Of a DNA stretch of 64,000 bases, positions 40,521 through 54,365 are shown piece by piece; the first letter of the stretch is position 1; each line of letters starts with the position of its first letter. A program made the translations under genes and the position numbers. The stretch lies in the NCBI RefSeq assembly GCF_009914755.1, contig NC_060930.1; one strand, 5' to 3'. Below the pieces are notes generated by a model. The model was given only the letters and a program-made list of their open reading frames with translations. It did not search any database and was not told the origin of the DNA. The stretch is from the human T2T-CHM13v2.0 reference genome, Homo sapiens.

Positions 40521-40965
40521 TCCCTTGCCTGCCTTCTATTTAGGTACACAGGAACTACTGTGCAGTTACATTCATGGCTGAAGAGCCACTCCTATCAACC
40601 CTATCAATAAGCACACTTCTTTGTGCCATTGCTGACAATCAGAAGATATGCCACAATATCAGAAAGCAATAATGTCTGTGCTCCTTCCCAGACAAATGAA
40701 GTATGTCCTCCTGGAGAAAGACAATGTAACATATGAACATGATTTTTACTTTTTTATGATTCAATTAATCCATTCATTAAATACATTTAATGAATCTATT
40801 ACTTCTGTATTCCCCAAAGTAAAGCTAGATATCGTCTTCAATTCCTGGATGACTGCCACACCAGAAGTAGTCCCTTCTCCTGAAGCCCTCCCTCCACATA
40901 GCCTCCACACAGCCAGGATCAACCACGACCATCAGCTAGCAAGACAATATAAAACAAAATGTTTG

Positions 40966-41273
<308 letters not shown>

Positions 41274-41866
41274 TCATCCTTTCCATGTACAGTGAAATGA
41301 GAAATCATATGAGAATCTGTGGACACTGTGAAATGACAAATCTGCTTCCTAAGAATTCAATGGAGTTACTCACTCAGCGATAAGACCGAGTCCATTCTTC
41401 AACTGAAGAATTAGCTGCTCAGAATTATAGTAGGACTTCCATCGCTAAGCATCGTACTCCAGCTTAGGAGAAAGCAATTATAGCAATCTAAAGATGCACA
41501 TCATTAGTAGACTACTAAGGTCTAAAGCCTATCGTTATCTATTCTTTCAACTGTTCAGTAAATATATATTAAATGTAGACACTGTTCTAAGCATACTGAG
41601 ATCAGTAAAGACAACGAGATGTTCATGGAGTCTACGTTCCACAAGCAATGGCAGTTAGATCTAGGAACGTCATACAGAGTGCTAGAGGGGATACCTCCCT
41701 GAGGAGGAACTAGGATGACTGGAAGAAATATGTCAATGTGAAGATCTGTGGTAAATAGTCATTCCAGACAAACTAACAGCAAGTACAAATTACATCAACA
41801 AGTTAACTAACCTACAAACAAATGAATACTCAGAATGAATTTCAATGACCTATCCTGACTAAAGTA

Positions 41867-42233
41867 CCGATGGGGTCCCCAACCTATGATGGATTGACTT
41901 GCAATTTTTCTACTTAACAATGGTGCAAAGGTCATATACATTCAGTATTAACTGTCCTTAGAGTACCCATACAGCCATCCTGTTTTTCACTTTCAATACA
42001 GTATTCAATACATTGCATGAGATATTCAACACTTTATTATAAATAGGCCTTGTGTCAGATGACTTTGCCCAACTGTAGGCTAATGTAAATGTTCTGAACA
42101 TATTTAAGGTGGAATAAGCTAGGTTGTAATTTTCATTAGGTTAGGTGTATTAAAAGTATTTCTACTTAGAATATTTTTTCATTTATGATAGGTTTATCGG
42201 GATGTAATCCCTTCATAAATCAAGAAGTATCTG
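41867..42233 (-). mobile_element. MER47A (TcMar-Tigger)
   Basis: Matches the recalled consensus (tttgcccaactgtaggctaatgtaa, ggttaggtgtattaaa, gtttatcgggatgtaatcc). TA/CA flanks. Confidence 0.82.
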
Positions 42234-44010
42234 CACATTTGTTAAGAAAATGTAAGGCCTTAAATCCAAGTGATGCTACTAGTAAACTAGGGGAAGTCAC
42301 TTAGCTTATGTGTGTGTCAATTTCATCATCCTTAAAAGGAGGGACAGGAACACATGACCGTAAGGTACCTTCCAACTCGAAATTCTTAGAATTCTATGGT
42401 CACGAAGTCTAAACTTCAAGTTGCTTTTTCAAAGTAGATAATTAATGTGTACTTCCACCATTATAGCCTTGCCCTGCCTCCCTGGTGACAGAGCTGACAG
42501 GGGCTATGTCAAAGATGTGCTCCAGAAAGGACTAAAGCTATCATCCACCAGGTGATAAGCCTATGACCTCCAGGTGACTAATACATTATTCCAAGCAACT
42601 GAGCTAATGGCCAATACAAAAACCTTCTTGGCTTTTTGATAAAAATAAAGATTCATACTTCCTCATCCCGTCCTACTAATTAGACTGCAATAAAACAAAG
42701 GTAATAGTTCCAATTCCAAAGTTATAGCAAAGTAAAATCTGACAACTAAAAACTTCACCAACATCTAATCTATAAAATATATATCTTTTTACAATGCATT
42801 CCATTGCATTCCAGTGGCAAGACATGAGAGCAGAGAAATGTTTTAAAGGGGCATTTCTGTTTAAAAAAGAAAATCCTAGAGGCTCTTCTAGAAGTTTGCC
42901 TTAGTGACTCAGAATGTAAACTTACTCAATTCAGTGAGGTGTGCATTATTAATTAGATAATTTCTACCTTGAGAGACTTACAAAAAAGATCAAATAGACA
43001 GAGAACATCAACCATAATGAGATATATTTGTATAATCATCAATGCAATATAAAGTTAATTTTAAACTATAGGCATTTTATCATTTTTGAATTCACTTATT
43101 AGGTATGAAATTTTATTTATAAAAGATCAGAATGAAAATTTCAGTAGTTTGTAAGAGATTTTACATGGAATTGTGATGATGAAAAGGTTCCCTGTGGGAA
43201 TAATAGAATCACCTTGATGGATGAGTATTGAATGAGTATGTTTATACAATATGAGGAATTTAAGGGAAGAAACTTAGTCTTGAAAATTGTACTCCACCAA
43301 GTCACTTAGCAATGAGTTAAGAAAGAAACGGCTCTAAAACCATGGAAATTCAAACTCTCAGGAAGCAGCTTAATACAGCTTTGACAGGAGACAGATAGGG
43401 AGAAAGTTTAATTCTGTACTTTTAACTCCGTAGTTTCCTCGACTGTAAATAGAAATAATGTCTCCTTTCTCCCAAGATTATTTAAAAGATTATATGGGCA
43501 TTGAATTCTAAAGTAACTAATGAAGATATTAACATATTTTACAAAATCGATATATGCTAGTTGTCCTCCCAAGTCATCTTTTGAAGTCTTTGACTTTACT
43601 TGATTGAACAAGAATTTATCAAGTGTTCATTCTATATCAGAGAGTATACTAAGTACTAATGATGCAATGAGACTAAAATATATTACCTACCTTTAATAAT
43701 AGCAGAAAAGACAGAGAGGACATGATAACTAATGAAGCAGCTTATGCACTTGCATGAGAGTGTATAAAACACACATACAAAAATTTAATTCTGCTTTAAA
43801 AAATAATAAACAAGAAAAGTCACAAAAGGGTGACTTTAAGGTTTGACGTTGAAATATAAGCAGGAATTGGTCATAGCAAAAAACAAGCCACATTAGGAAA
43901 AATTAGACATTAATTCAGGAAAATTTGGATTAGGAAGTCTACTGTGTGCTAGATTCTGAACTGGCACCACACACCCCCGGGGAGAAACCTGGAGACGTGA
44001 ACATACCTAG

Positions 44011-44392
<382 letters not shown>

Positions 44393-45121
44393 AAATATTC
44401 TTAATTATTGTGCAAATGTGTGGACTTTGTATTGTGTTGGGAATGTTTTCCAGGGTTCTTCATAAATTTTAAATAAATATGCAGCCTTAAAACACAAGCA
44501 TCCATGATAAATAAAATATATTTTGAAAAAGAATACAAAATATCTTTGTGAGCTAAGCAGTCTGAAAATGTCTTTTTTAATAAATAAAACACCAGATTCC
44601 AATCTCTCCAGCTCAACTGGTGGTCATAGCTGATGATGTAGGAATGAAATCAATTTAAAAAAAAATATGGTTTAGAATTTAGCAGATGTCACCAATAATG
44701 TCAAGAGTACATCAACCGAAATGAAATGCCATTTTAGTTAGGGCAAGCCTCATTATGAACTGAAAATGCTCAAGACATGGTCATGTTAAACTATCAAAAA
44801 TCCTAGCATTTCCCTGGATGTAATTGTTTGTTTTTCTTTCTTCCTTTCTTAATGAAGCAATGGTCTTTTACAAAACCTCCTTTAAGCGCATCCAACGCAA
44901 TAAAAGCTCAACATGAGATCTCCTTTTCAATCATAAGTACCTAACACTAAAACTGTTTCCAAATGTAAAGCCAAGAGAGAATCCAAATGAATAACGGTTT
45001 GCCTACTAAGCAGAGCTATGTGGCAGGCTGACATTTTCATGGAAAATATACTGTTCTCCACCTCCAACTTTTTTAGACATAGTGGAAAGATGTAATATTA
45101 TTTATGTTCTTACCCCAATGC

Positions 45122-45196
45122 AAAAAGGAAGGAAGGAAGGAAGGAAGAGGAAGAAAAAAAGTGAGGGAAGAGAAAGGAAGGAAGGAAGAGAAAAAG
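45122..45196. repeat. Purine tract containing (GGAA)5
   Basis: Direct reading of the sequence. Confidence 0.85.
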
Positions 45197-45897
45197 CACG
45201 GTTGAAAATACAGCTCCTTAGAGTCTTCTAATACAATTTGTTAAAATTGTCATAAACCATTGTGATCACCAACTACTATTTTCAAAGGATTTTGTTTTAA
45301 ATGCTCAAAACAGAAAATCAAAAACCCCAATGAAAACTAAACACTGCACCTCATTTACAAAATAGGTAGACTGTGATAACTTCTTATTGTACGAATATTT
45401 GGATATACTTTAAATAGGATTCCATTTTTAAGTTAAAAAACCTGATACAATTAAATCTTTTAGGAATTACTACTGCAGTATATAAACCAAACTGCACCTT
45501 TGGTGCCTTTGCAAATGCAATAGTGTAATAATAGAGAGAAGTTCCTAGGAGACAATGGCTAAACAAATGTACATTTTTCTTATTATAAAACTCTGTCCAT
45601 TTATAGTTATGTAATAATGAGCCTTGATAGTTTAACATGCTTTATATAAAACTGTAGAATCATTTAGGCCCTTTACAAACCATTAAGATTATCAGCTCTG
45701 ATGTGAATCATACAAAAATATGCCTATGTCCCTGTTTCAGTCCCAAGATAAAACTATTTTAAGTGAGTCATCAATTCCAGATTTTCAAAGTCAAAATATC
45801 CTCACAAAGGGCTCAGCTGAGTCTTTTGAACACAGGTATGAAGTACAAAGTGAATCTAAACCAATGTTACCCCTACCATACAGGTATGTTGTGTTCA

Positions 45898-45900
<3 letters not shown>

Positions 45901-45930
<30 letters not shown>
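45901..45930. repeat. (AC)15 microsatellite
   Basis: Direct count. Confidence 0.95.
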
Positions 45931-45933
<3 letters not shown>

Positions 45934-46134
45934 AACTCAATGTAGTTTATTCAATTTTATTTTTACATTTTTATTATTAATTTTTATTCGGTATTTTCAT
46001 TATTTTAAATTTTATTTCCTTAATCCAGGTATATTCACTTAACTGTCTTATGATTTTGCAGCTATAGTTTATTTTACCCTGATTTTAATATTAGTTTAAA
46101 TATTTTATCCTTTATTCTTTATTATTCAATTCCC

Positions 46135-46625
46135 TTTAACTATTTGTATCAATACATAAGGTTTGTACATAGTTATGTGGTACATGTGATATTTAGATTC
46201 ATGTATACAATATGTATTGATCAAATCAAAGTATTTAGGATATTTACTCAAATATTTATCATTTATTTGTGCTACGAAGATTTCAATTCTTCTACCTATT
46301 TTGAAATATACAACATATTGTTAACTATAGTCACCCTACTGTGCTATCAAACACGAGAACGTATTCCTTCTATCTAACTGTATGTTTGTATCCATCAACC
46401 AACCCCTCTTCATCCCCGCTTTCCACCCCGCAACCCACACACACCCTTCCCAGCCTCTGGTAATTATCATTCTACTCTCTACTTCCATGAGATCAACTTT
46501 TGAAACTCCCACATGTGAATGAGAACATGTGATATTGTCTTTCTGTGCCTGGCATATTTCACTTACCATAGTGAACTCCACGTCCATCCCTGCTGTTGCA
46601 AATGACCGGATTTCATTCTTTTTAT
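46135..46625 (-). mobile_element. L1MA-type 3' end
   Basis: attgttaactatagtcaccctactgtgctatcaaac...ctctacttccatgagatcaac...gttgcaaatgaccggatttcattctttttt. Confidence 0.85.
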
Positions 46626-46644
46626 TCCAGGGCATTTCTAATAG

Positions 46645-46973
<329 letters not shown>

Positions 46974-47604
46974 TCTAACACTGTTTTTTTTTTTTTTTTA
47001 CAGACATTTATAAGTAACTTTTACTTACAGATACTAAGAAGATACTTGAGCACAGCAGAGAAAGTCATAAGTACACAGTCCAAAAGCCATAAAGAAAAGA
47101 CAGAAAGAAATCTTTGAATGATTTTGTATTAAATCACCCCAAATCCCAAGTCAGAGATTTCTTAGGCTAATACGAGATAAGATAATTTATCCTAAAATCA
47201 CCATTAGGCAACGGTGGCTGACAAACCCATCTTGATTCCATTTAGACAACAGTCTAGGAACTACATGGATAAAATTACTCCTGCAGGAAGATGACAAACT
47301 AGCCTCCAAAATAGCCCAGGTGAATGCAAACAAAAAGATTATCTTGTCTCTGGGACGATTCACAACCTCTCCGATGAGGCAGGTAGATATACAAATAACA
47401 TGATCTCTGAGTACAATTGTATAATTGTGGACTTTTCTCCTGAGCAAACCAGCCATAGACAGACAAGAAGGCATATGGAACTTTCCTAAATGAGTCTTTC
47501 TACTCAGTTTCAAAACGACTAATAATACAAATAACTGAATACTTCTGAACCTCCCTTTCAACGTTTTTGGAAAGATACACAACACCCGGGGCAATTGAAT
47601 ATAG

Positions 47605-47800
47605 CTGTGAACAATGGCAGAGCAGATCCCAACACTAAATAGCCATATGACTTGGAACAAACTGCTTACCCTCCTGAAATTTCAGTTTACTTACTCAGTC
47701 ATAGAATTCACCTCATATATTACTGCTGAAGTGTTAAATGAGAGCACAAATGTGGAGTGTGTCCGGCACTCAAAGAACTCAATAAATATAATTAGTTAAA
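47605..47800 (+). mobile_element. MIR
   Basis: tatgacttggaacaaactgcttaccctcctgaaatttcagtt...gttaaatgag...actcaataaata. Confidence 0.7.
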
Positions 47801-47903
47801 AAAAACTAAGCATCAAAATTAAAGTACTGGAATCTTTTTTATGCTGGTCCATTCCAGAATAAACTTGAATAAATAGAGCTATTTCACTTCAGGAAAGGAA
47901 TTT

Positions 47904-48120
47904 AGCTGGGTACAGTGGCTTATGCCAGCACTTTGAAAGGCCAAGGTGGGAGGATCACTTGAGGCCAGGAGTTCAACACCAGCCTTGGCAAAATAGCAAG
48001 AATCTGTCTCTACAAAAAAATAAGAAAAAAAAAAGTTGAGCATGGTGGTACACACGTGTAGTCCCCACCACTCAGGAGGCTGAGGTAGGAGGATCACTTG
48101 AGCCTAGGAGGTCAAGGTTG

Positions 48121-48123
<3 letters not shown>
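47904..48123 (+). mobile_element. AluJ, right arm truncated at gttgcag
   Basis: Alu text stops abruptly and runs into (GGCA)n. Confidence 0.9.
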
Positions 48124-48152
<29 letters not shown>

Positions 48153-48279
48153 CATAGAAAGGAAGGCAAGAAGGAAGTAAGACAGGAAGGCAGGAAGGCA
48201 GGAAGGAAGGAAGGAAGGAAGGAAGGAAGGAAGGAAGGAAGGAAGGAAGGAAGGAAGGAAGGCAGGAAGGCAGGCAGGA

Positions 48280-48322
<43 letters not shown>

Positions 48323-48328
48323 CTGGCT
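48120..48328. repeat. Compound (GGCA)n/(GGAA)n microsatellite with an uninterrupted (GGAA)15 at 48201-48260
   Basis: Direct count. Confidence 0.95.
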
Positions 48329-49929
48329 TAGATATTCCTCACATGTGAGCCTCCCCAGTGTGCTCTCTTTATAACAAAAATCAAGAAAATGCTATGTTGG
48401 ATATGCTCCCAAATAGGTTCTACAATTTTTTAAAACAATTTCAAACTTTATAATTTTCAAAATCTTAGTTTGCAATGGACATCCTGACAGGGTCTAAAAT
48501 TGTAAGTCAAATGAATGTGTAATTAAACAGCTTCCCCTAAACTAGTTGGTCTTTTGAGGATGACATAAATAATGTGGAATTACTTTTTTAATTTAAAAAA
48601 AAAACTTTTTTCTTGATATGGAATTCATCTCAACATAACTAGCCAGTGGTTTAAATTTGAATTTACTACAGCACCGAGGAAGAGGCTGGGCAAAGACCAA
48701 GAGTCGCACAGAACAATGTGGGTCAGCTGATGAAAGGAGAAGGAAATGATAGTTTTCTATCTTTCTGGTGTATGGTCTTAAAGCAGTTCGTTATCTGTTA
48801 CTTGAAAGAGAAATGCTAACCCAAAGAACTGTTAGAGACTTCTCTTAAGGGACGAATCACAAAGAGATGATGAATAAAGGGCAGGAGAGCAAGGCATGAC
48901 TGTAACAGCTTGGCCCTGGGTGAAGCTAGACAAAAAATTTCAGAAAAGCCCCAACTCAAAAATTACAATGAAAGTAAGTTGTTGTGTGCTTTCTAGTCAT
49001 CAAAAGTGTTCTAATAAAAAATGAGTTCTCAAATAAACCATACTAGAAATAAACATTTTGGCATTATAACAGGATGTAGTTTAATTAAATAAGTCAACTA
49101 ATTGACCAAATTATTCAGTCAACTGGCCAAAATGAGAAAGAGGAAAAAAAAAAATATATATATATATATAGCAACAATTTTACCTCTTAACACTTTGTGA
49201 GAGTCCCAGGTAAAGCAACAAAAGATATGAAAAAAATCAATCCCTTTTTTCAATCCAAAAAGATAATTTGTTGCTCTTTGGGTCTCGACCAACATTTTTC
49301 CAAAGCACTGTTTTAAAATCTCAAGATAGTCCCCAAAAGACTGGTAGATAGTTTAAATTTCATTTTAAATTACAGTTTTAAATATTTGTATTAAGATTGG
49401 AAAATAATAAATTAACCATAATAGCAATTAAAACTATACTAACAAGTAAAATAATCCAACTGAAGGAAACTTTTACAATATATTTCACCTAATGGAGCTT
49501 AAAGAAAATCAGATTTGAAAGTTTTGCGGAGGAGGAATATTCAGAGACACATATAGTTTCTAAAGACAATTTTTGACATTGTCGCTTACTTTAGAAATTG
49601 GTGTAAAGCTGCTTTCTCTAAAACGACTTTTCTTTTCCATGCTTTCAGTATATACTGACACTAATTTCATCAATTGAGATTATTTATGGGACTTAAATAA
49701 AAAGGTGCAGTGGCGCTAAATAATAAGTGCTAACAATCACTGTTGAGTGATTTTTTTTTTTATAAAATGATATGCTGAGAACTTCACATGCATTTTTTAT
49801 TTTAGCCTCCCATTTTATAGGAAACAAAGGCACAGAGTACCAGGTAACTTGCCAAGATCACCGGATAGGAAAGGGATTAAAACCTAGGCAGTATTTGTCC
49901 TTCTGTGACTGATAAGATTTTGCTTTGAG

Positions 49930-50715
49930 TTATCTAAATTAGTCAAACTCATAGGAACAGAAAATAGAATGGTGGCTGCCAGGGTATGAAGAGAAGGGGA
50001 AACAAGAATTGCTGTTCAATGGATATAAAGCCTCAGTTACGCAGGATGAATAAGGCCCAGAGATCTGCTGTACAACGTTACACCTATAGTTAGCGATACT
50101 GTATTGTGCACTTAGAAATTGTTTAAGAGGGAAATCTTGTGTTTTTAATTTATGATGGTTAAGTATTCCTACCATCAGAGGCATCCTAACCAGAGTCACT
50201 CCATCTTGAATGAAGGTGGGAAAAAGTCAAATCTGCTGGGTTACTTTCCCTGGGGTTCAGCACTCTTGGTCACAAGATATTCATGGTTGAGGGACTAAGT
50301 TAATAGTGTTAACTAACTGTATAAGACCCAGAACTTATGGAAATGCCCTAGTACTTTAAGAACAAAAACCATTCTTAGTTTGAGAATAGGTTTTGCTTTA
50401 AAGATAAGCGTAATATAAGAAAGTAACAATATTAATAGCCTGCCACAAGCTAATCACAAACCATCATAAAAGAGTACATCAAAACCTATTTATATAAGCA
50501 AGCATTGTATTTGAAATGGCGGTGTGCCTCCTCTTGCATTCTGAGGACACCCTACTCTGCAACTAAGTAGTATCTAATAAACTATGTTACCTTCACTATA
50601 CTATACTCTGCCACTCGCCCTGAATTCCTTTCCATGAGAGATCCAAGAACCCACTCTTGGGGTCTGGGACAAGAACCCTTTTCCGGTGACATTACCACAA
50701 TAAATAAAAATAAAT
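49930..50715 (+). mobile_element. L1MB-type 3' end, split by a MER41 LTR
   Basis: tagtcaaactcatagg...gaatggtggctgccaggg...gatctgctgtacaac...gttaagtattc|ttaccacaataaataaaa. Confidence 0.8.
50173..50691 (+). mobile_element. MER41-family ERV1 solo LTR, antisense to PTPRK
   Basis: (ca)tcagaggcat...aaccagagtcactccatcttgaat...gatccaagaaccc...ttccggtgaca. TSD ctac/ttac. TATATAA at 50491-50497 and AATAAA at 50576-50581. Confidence 0.85.
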
Positions 50716-51048
50716 TACATAATTAAATACATTTTTAAACAAACAGGTCGACTCCAAAGCCTTAGCGATTATTTAGGCGGTAATTAAGCTGACCCAAGGC
50801 AGGAGGAGAGTGTAGAATAAAGATGTTCTTGCTAGAAAGAATAGAATGAGACAAAACTAAATGAGTAGCAGGCAGAGAAATAATGAAGGCAGACCCAAAA
50901 TAGCAGTATAGGCAGGGCTGATGAGGGGGTGTACCGAGGTATAGCATAGCAAATGGGCTATGAGGAGTGTGAATATGTGGAATTGAAACAGCTCCCACCT
51001 TCGGCCAGAAGCTGTCGCGATTCCCAGAAGGGCAGGGTTAACAGGACA

Positions 51049-51290
51049 CAGTCATCCCTCGCATAGGCGGGAGAGATCAGTTTCAAGATCCCAGCTTATA
51101 CCCAAATCCGTGCATACTAAAGTCCCACAGTCAGCCCTGAAGAACCTGAACATCCGAAAAGTTGCTTCTCCCCATATACGGGTTTCCCATCCCGGGATAC
51201 TGTAATTTCAATCACCATTTGGATGAAAAAATATCCGGGTATATAAACGGCCCCACGCAGTTCAAGCCCGTGTTGTTCAAGGGTCGGCTG
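51049..51290 (+). mobile_element. MER8 (TcMar-Tigger), CpG-retaining copy
   Basis: cagtcatccctcg...cccaaatccgtgcatactaaagtcccacag...gtgttgttcaagggtcggctg. Confidence 0.85.
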
Positions 51291-53117
51291 TGCATACATT
51301 GGGGCTGATTCGCTCAGTCAAACCACCTAACATCACAGACGTTTCTCAAAGAGAGTCTTGCCTGTAGGTGACCTCCACTGACATCTCTACCTCTGCTAAG
51401 GAGTAAAGGAATAAATGAAAATTCTGCGTGCCACTTTTGAATGGATGCCAACCCTTGGCTCTTCATTCTACCTACTCTTATACACACAGTAACACTCTAA
51501 ACCATAATAATTCTACTGTAAGTTTCTTCTTTGAAATGGCAATCGCCAGCAGGGAATTCTGTAAGAAGAATCTACTCTATCACTGCCAGGGCACACAGAA
51601 TTTTGAATTAAGGAAACAGCTGGCTGCTTGCCACAGGCAGGAAATGGAGAAGAGCCAGTCAGCATTCATCTCTCTACTTCTGTCCAACTAACTACTTCTA
51701 GCTCTCTTCATCTGCCTTCATCTTACCTCTTTTGATTTGGGGATTGAATCAAAGAGCTGTTGTGCACCTCAGATGCAATGGAGTATCAACTTACAAAAAG
51801 ATACAAACAGTGAACTAGGGCTGCCCCAGGTGCCAAGTTAGGCTGAGAAAAGCCTAAAGACAAAGGAGTTCAGGCTGCAAGACTGAAACCTGAACACACT
51901 GATGAATACAGTACCACTACTTAAGCTCTTACTGATCAGCTGCTTCTGAATTAATCACCAAATAATGGGCAGCATTTACAGAGAGCTCCTAGTACTCCTG
52001 GTACACAAAAAATACTTCCAATAGTTGCATCAACTCTGGGAAGAAGTTTTGCTTTCCCATTGAAACAGAAGTTTAGAGAAAAAAAAAATGACCATATAAT
52101 TATTCAGTGATGGATCAGTATTCCAATTAGAACTCCAAACTTAACGTTCTTTCCATTAAACAGTGGAATAATACCAGGGAAACACTGAGATTTGCTTAGA
52201 AAGTACTTTGGAGTGATCAAAGAATTGTTTTTAAAAAAACGGAAAAATTTCTTAGAAGATCAGGATTCCACTAAATGGTCATAAGTTCTTTATTAGATGG
52301 GAATCAAACATTTAGGAGCAAAATTGATTGAACAGTTATGCATTTCCCCTTCCCCTTCCTGCTTCACATATTTTACAATGAAATTACTGAAGTGGTGGGG
52401 TGGGGGGCTATGAATGAGCACGGTAGATAACACCTGTATCCAAAAAGACTACAAATAATACAATGAGTGCAGAAACTTTGATTCACCATTGAGTACCCAG
52501 TCAAGAACAGAGTCTGGCCAATATATTTTTTAATAAAATAATTCATTAAGAAAAATGGAAAACTATTCCCACTAATGTAATTTGAAACAATAATCCTTAG
52601 TACATAGAACTAATTCAAGCATGAAAAAATTACAGTAGGTTTCAGATAATAGAATCTCCTTCAAAATGCTTTATTCATGATTTCTGCTATGGTTTAATAA
52701 TTCAAAAACCTATGCTTTGGGGTAAAGAGAAAGTATCACAAAAACAGTCCAAACACCAAGGAGTAAAGCCTACCGATTACAATGAATGACAATCTGTGAC
52801 CCTGAGGATAATTATATGCTGCCCCTAATTAGTCTTCCAAAAGTTTGAGAATTCATCTGCTGAAAGTGAAAATGCAGTTGCAAATAGATAGACTTCTAAA
52901 CATCTGAATGGTTCCCAGAGTAAATAATTAAATATATTTGGTCTGTAATGGACCTCAACCATGTGCTAATTCCAAGCTACTACTTTACATTCACATTCTG
53001 ATTGTGATTTACATTCTGACTCATACTAGAAGCAGAAGAGTAGACAAGAAAGAAGAATATCCCACCCTATCTTTTCCTTTTCTTTGAGTTAGCTGCCTGT
53101 AGAAAATATTCAAAGTA

Positions 53118-53355
53118 CCACTGAGCCTTGAACAACAGAGCTGGAACTGCACAGGTCCAAATATGTAGATTTGTTTTTCAACCAAACCAGAGAGAAAATA
53201 CAGTATTTGTGAGACTCAAAACCTGCATATCCAGAGGGCCAACTGTTCATACATGTGGATTTCATGGGGCCAACTGTAGGACTTGAGTATACATGGATTT
53301 TGGTATGGGCAAGGGGGTTCTGGAACAAATCCCCATATTTACCCAGAGACAACTG
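53118..53355 (-). mobile_element. MER8 (TcMar-Tigger), CpG-depleted copy
   Basis: ccttgaacaaca...gaaaatacagtatt...ggacttgagtat...ggattttggtat...gacaactg. Confidence 0.85.
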
Positions 53356-53689
53356 TGGTATAAATTAGCCTTTGGCATCCTTTCACCTCCATTTTCTTGC
53401 AAAGCTCCTGCTACTTAATTTCTTATCTCTCAAGGGTTCCAAACTGTCTTCATGGTAGGTTATGGATGAGAGCTTGCCTCAGCTAAGGATTCAATGCTAT
53501 GCAATTGCTTAGATCCTCTTTCTTTCTCAATCAAAACTCTTTCCCCCGATTTCAGATGAGTGTTAGAAAGGAAACAATGCAATTAACTCATGCTAAAGTA
53601 TGATTTTTAAATCTAATTTTTAAAATATATTTGTATGTTTCAAAAACTTGTTTTAACATACTAAATGCAATATAGTGAAATTTTCCCAT

Positions 53690-54365
53690 TCTGCAAGTAA
53701 CTGCTGCCATTAGTATCTTGTGAATCCATCCTTAATTTCTATGTATATCTGTATGCGTGTGTGTATATATACAATCAAGAAGAAATATATGTCATTTCTC
53801 TCCTTAATAGAAGGTAGTACACTATATGTGCTGTCAGACACCTTTATTTTTTATCTTTAATAAAATGCCTTGACCTTTCCATATCAGTATATAAAGAAAG
53901 AACTGCCTCATTATTTTAATTTTTTTAACAGCTGGAGAGTATTCAACTGTATAAATGGACTACAATTGATTTAAGTAGTTCCATGCTGATGGACGTTTAG
54001 TGGCTTTTCAACTTTTGCTATTAAAAAAAAAATACCACGGTGAATATCTTGTACGTAGACATTTTGAATAAATTCCCAGGGAAGGTGTTGTTAGATACAG
54101 CCATCTGTATTTGATGGATGCTGCTAAATTACCCCCTACACTGTGTGTTCCAACTTACACACCAAACAACAGCATATAAGAATTGCTGTTTCCAAAATCT
54201 ATGCTAATATAGAGCCACATCAAATTTCTGAATATTTGACAATCTTAGAGGTGAAAAAAATGACAATTCTTATGATTTTAATTTGCATTTCTTTGTTATA
54301 AGGATTATTAAGCCTCATTTTAAAAATCTGCTTAAAGGTTTATATTTCCTTTTCTGTAAATGGTT
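53690..54365 (-). mobile_element. Old L1 (L1ME-type) fragment
   Basis: ctgcctcattattttaa...gatggacgtttagtgg...tgctaaattaccc...ttttaatttgcatttcttt. Confidence 0.75.

Noticed and set aside
47187-47660. Longest ORF in the track (157 aa, minus)
   Set aside because: No recognisable domain, it starts inside a MIR, and no splice or promoter support.
50173-50691. MER41 copy as an interferon-gamma/STAT1 enhancer
   Set aside because: That activity is established mainly for MER41B copies with intact GAS motifs. I see no canonical TTCNNNGAA inside this LTR.
51727-51789. 63-nt pseudoexon (gtaAG|...GAG|GTAAGA, minus)
   Set aside because: Weak AAG acceptor. It illustrates that pseudoexons arise readily by chance here.
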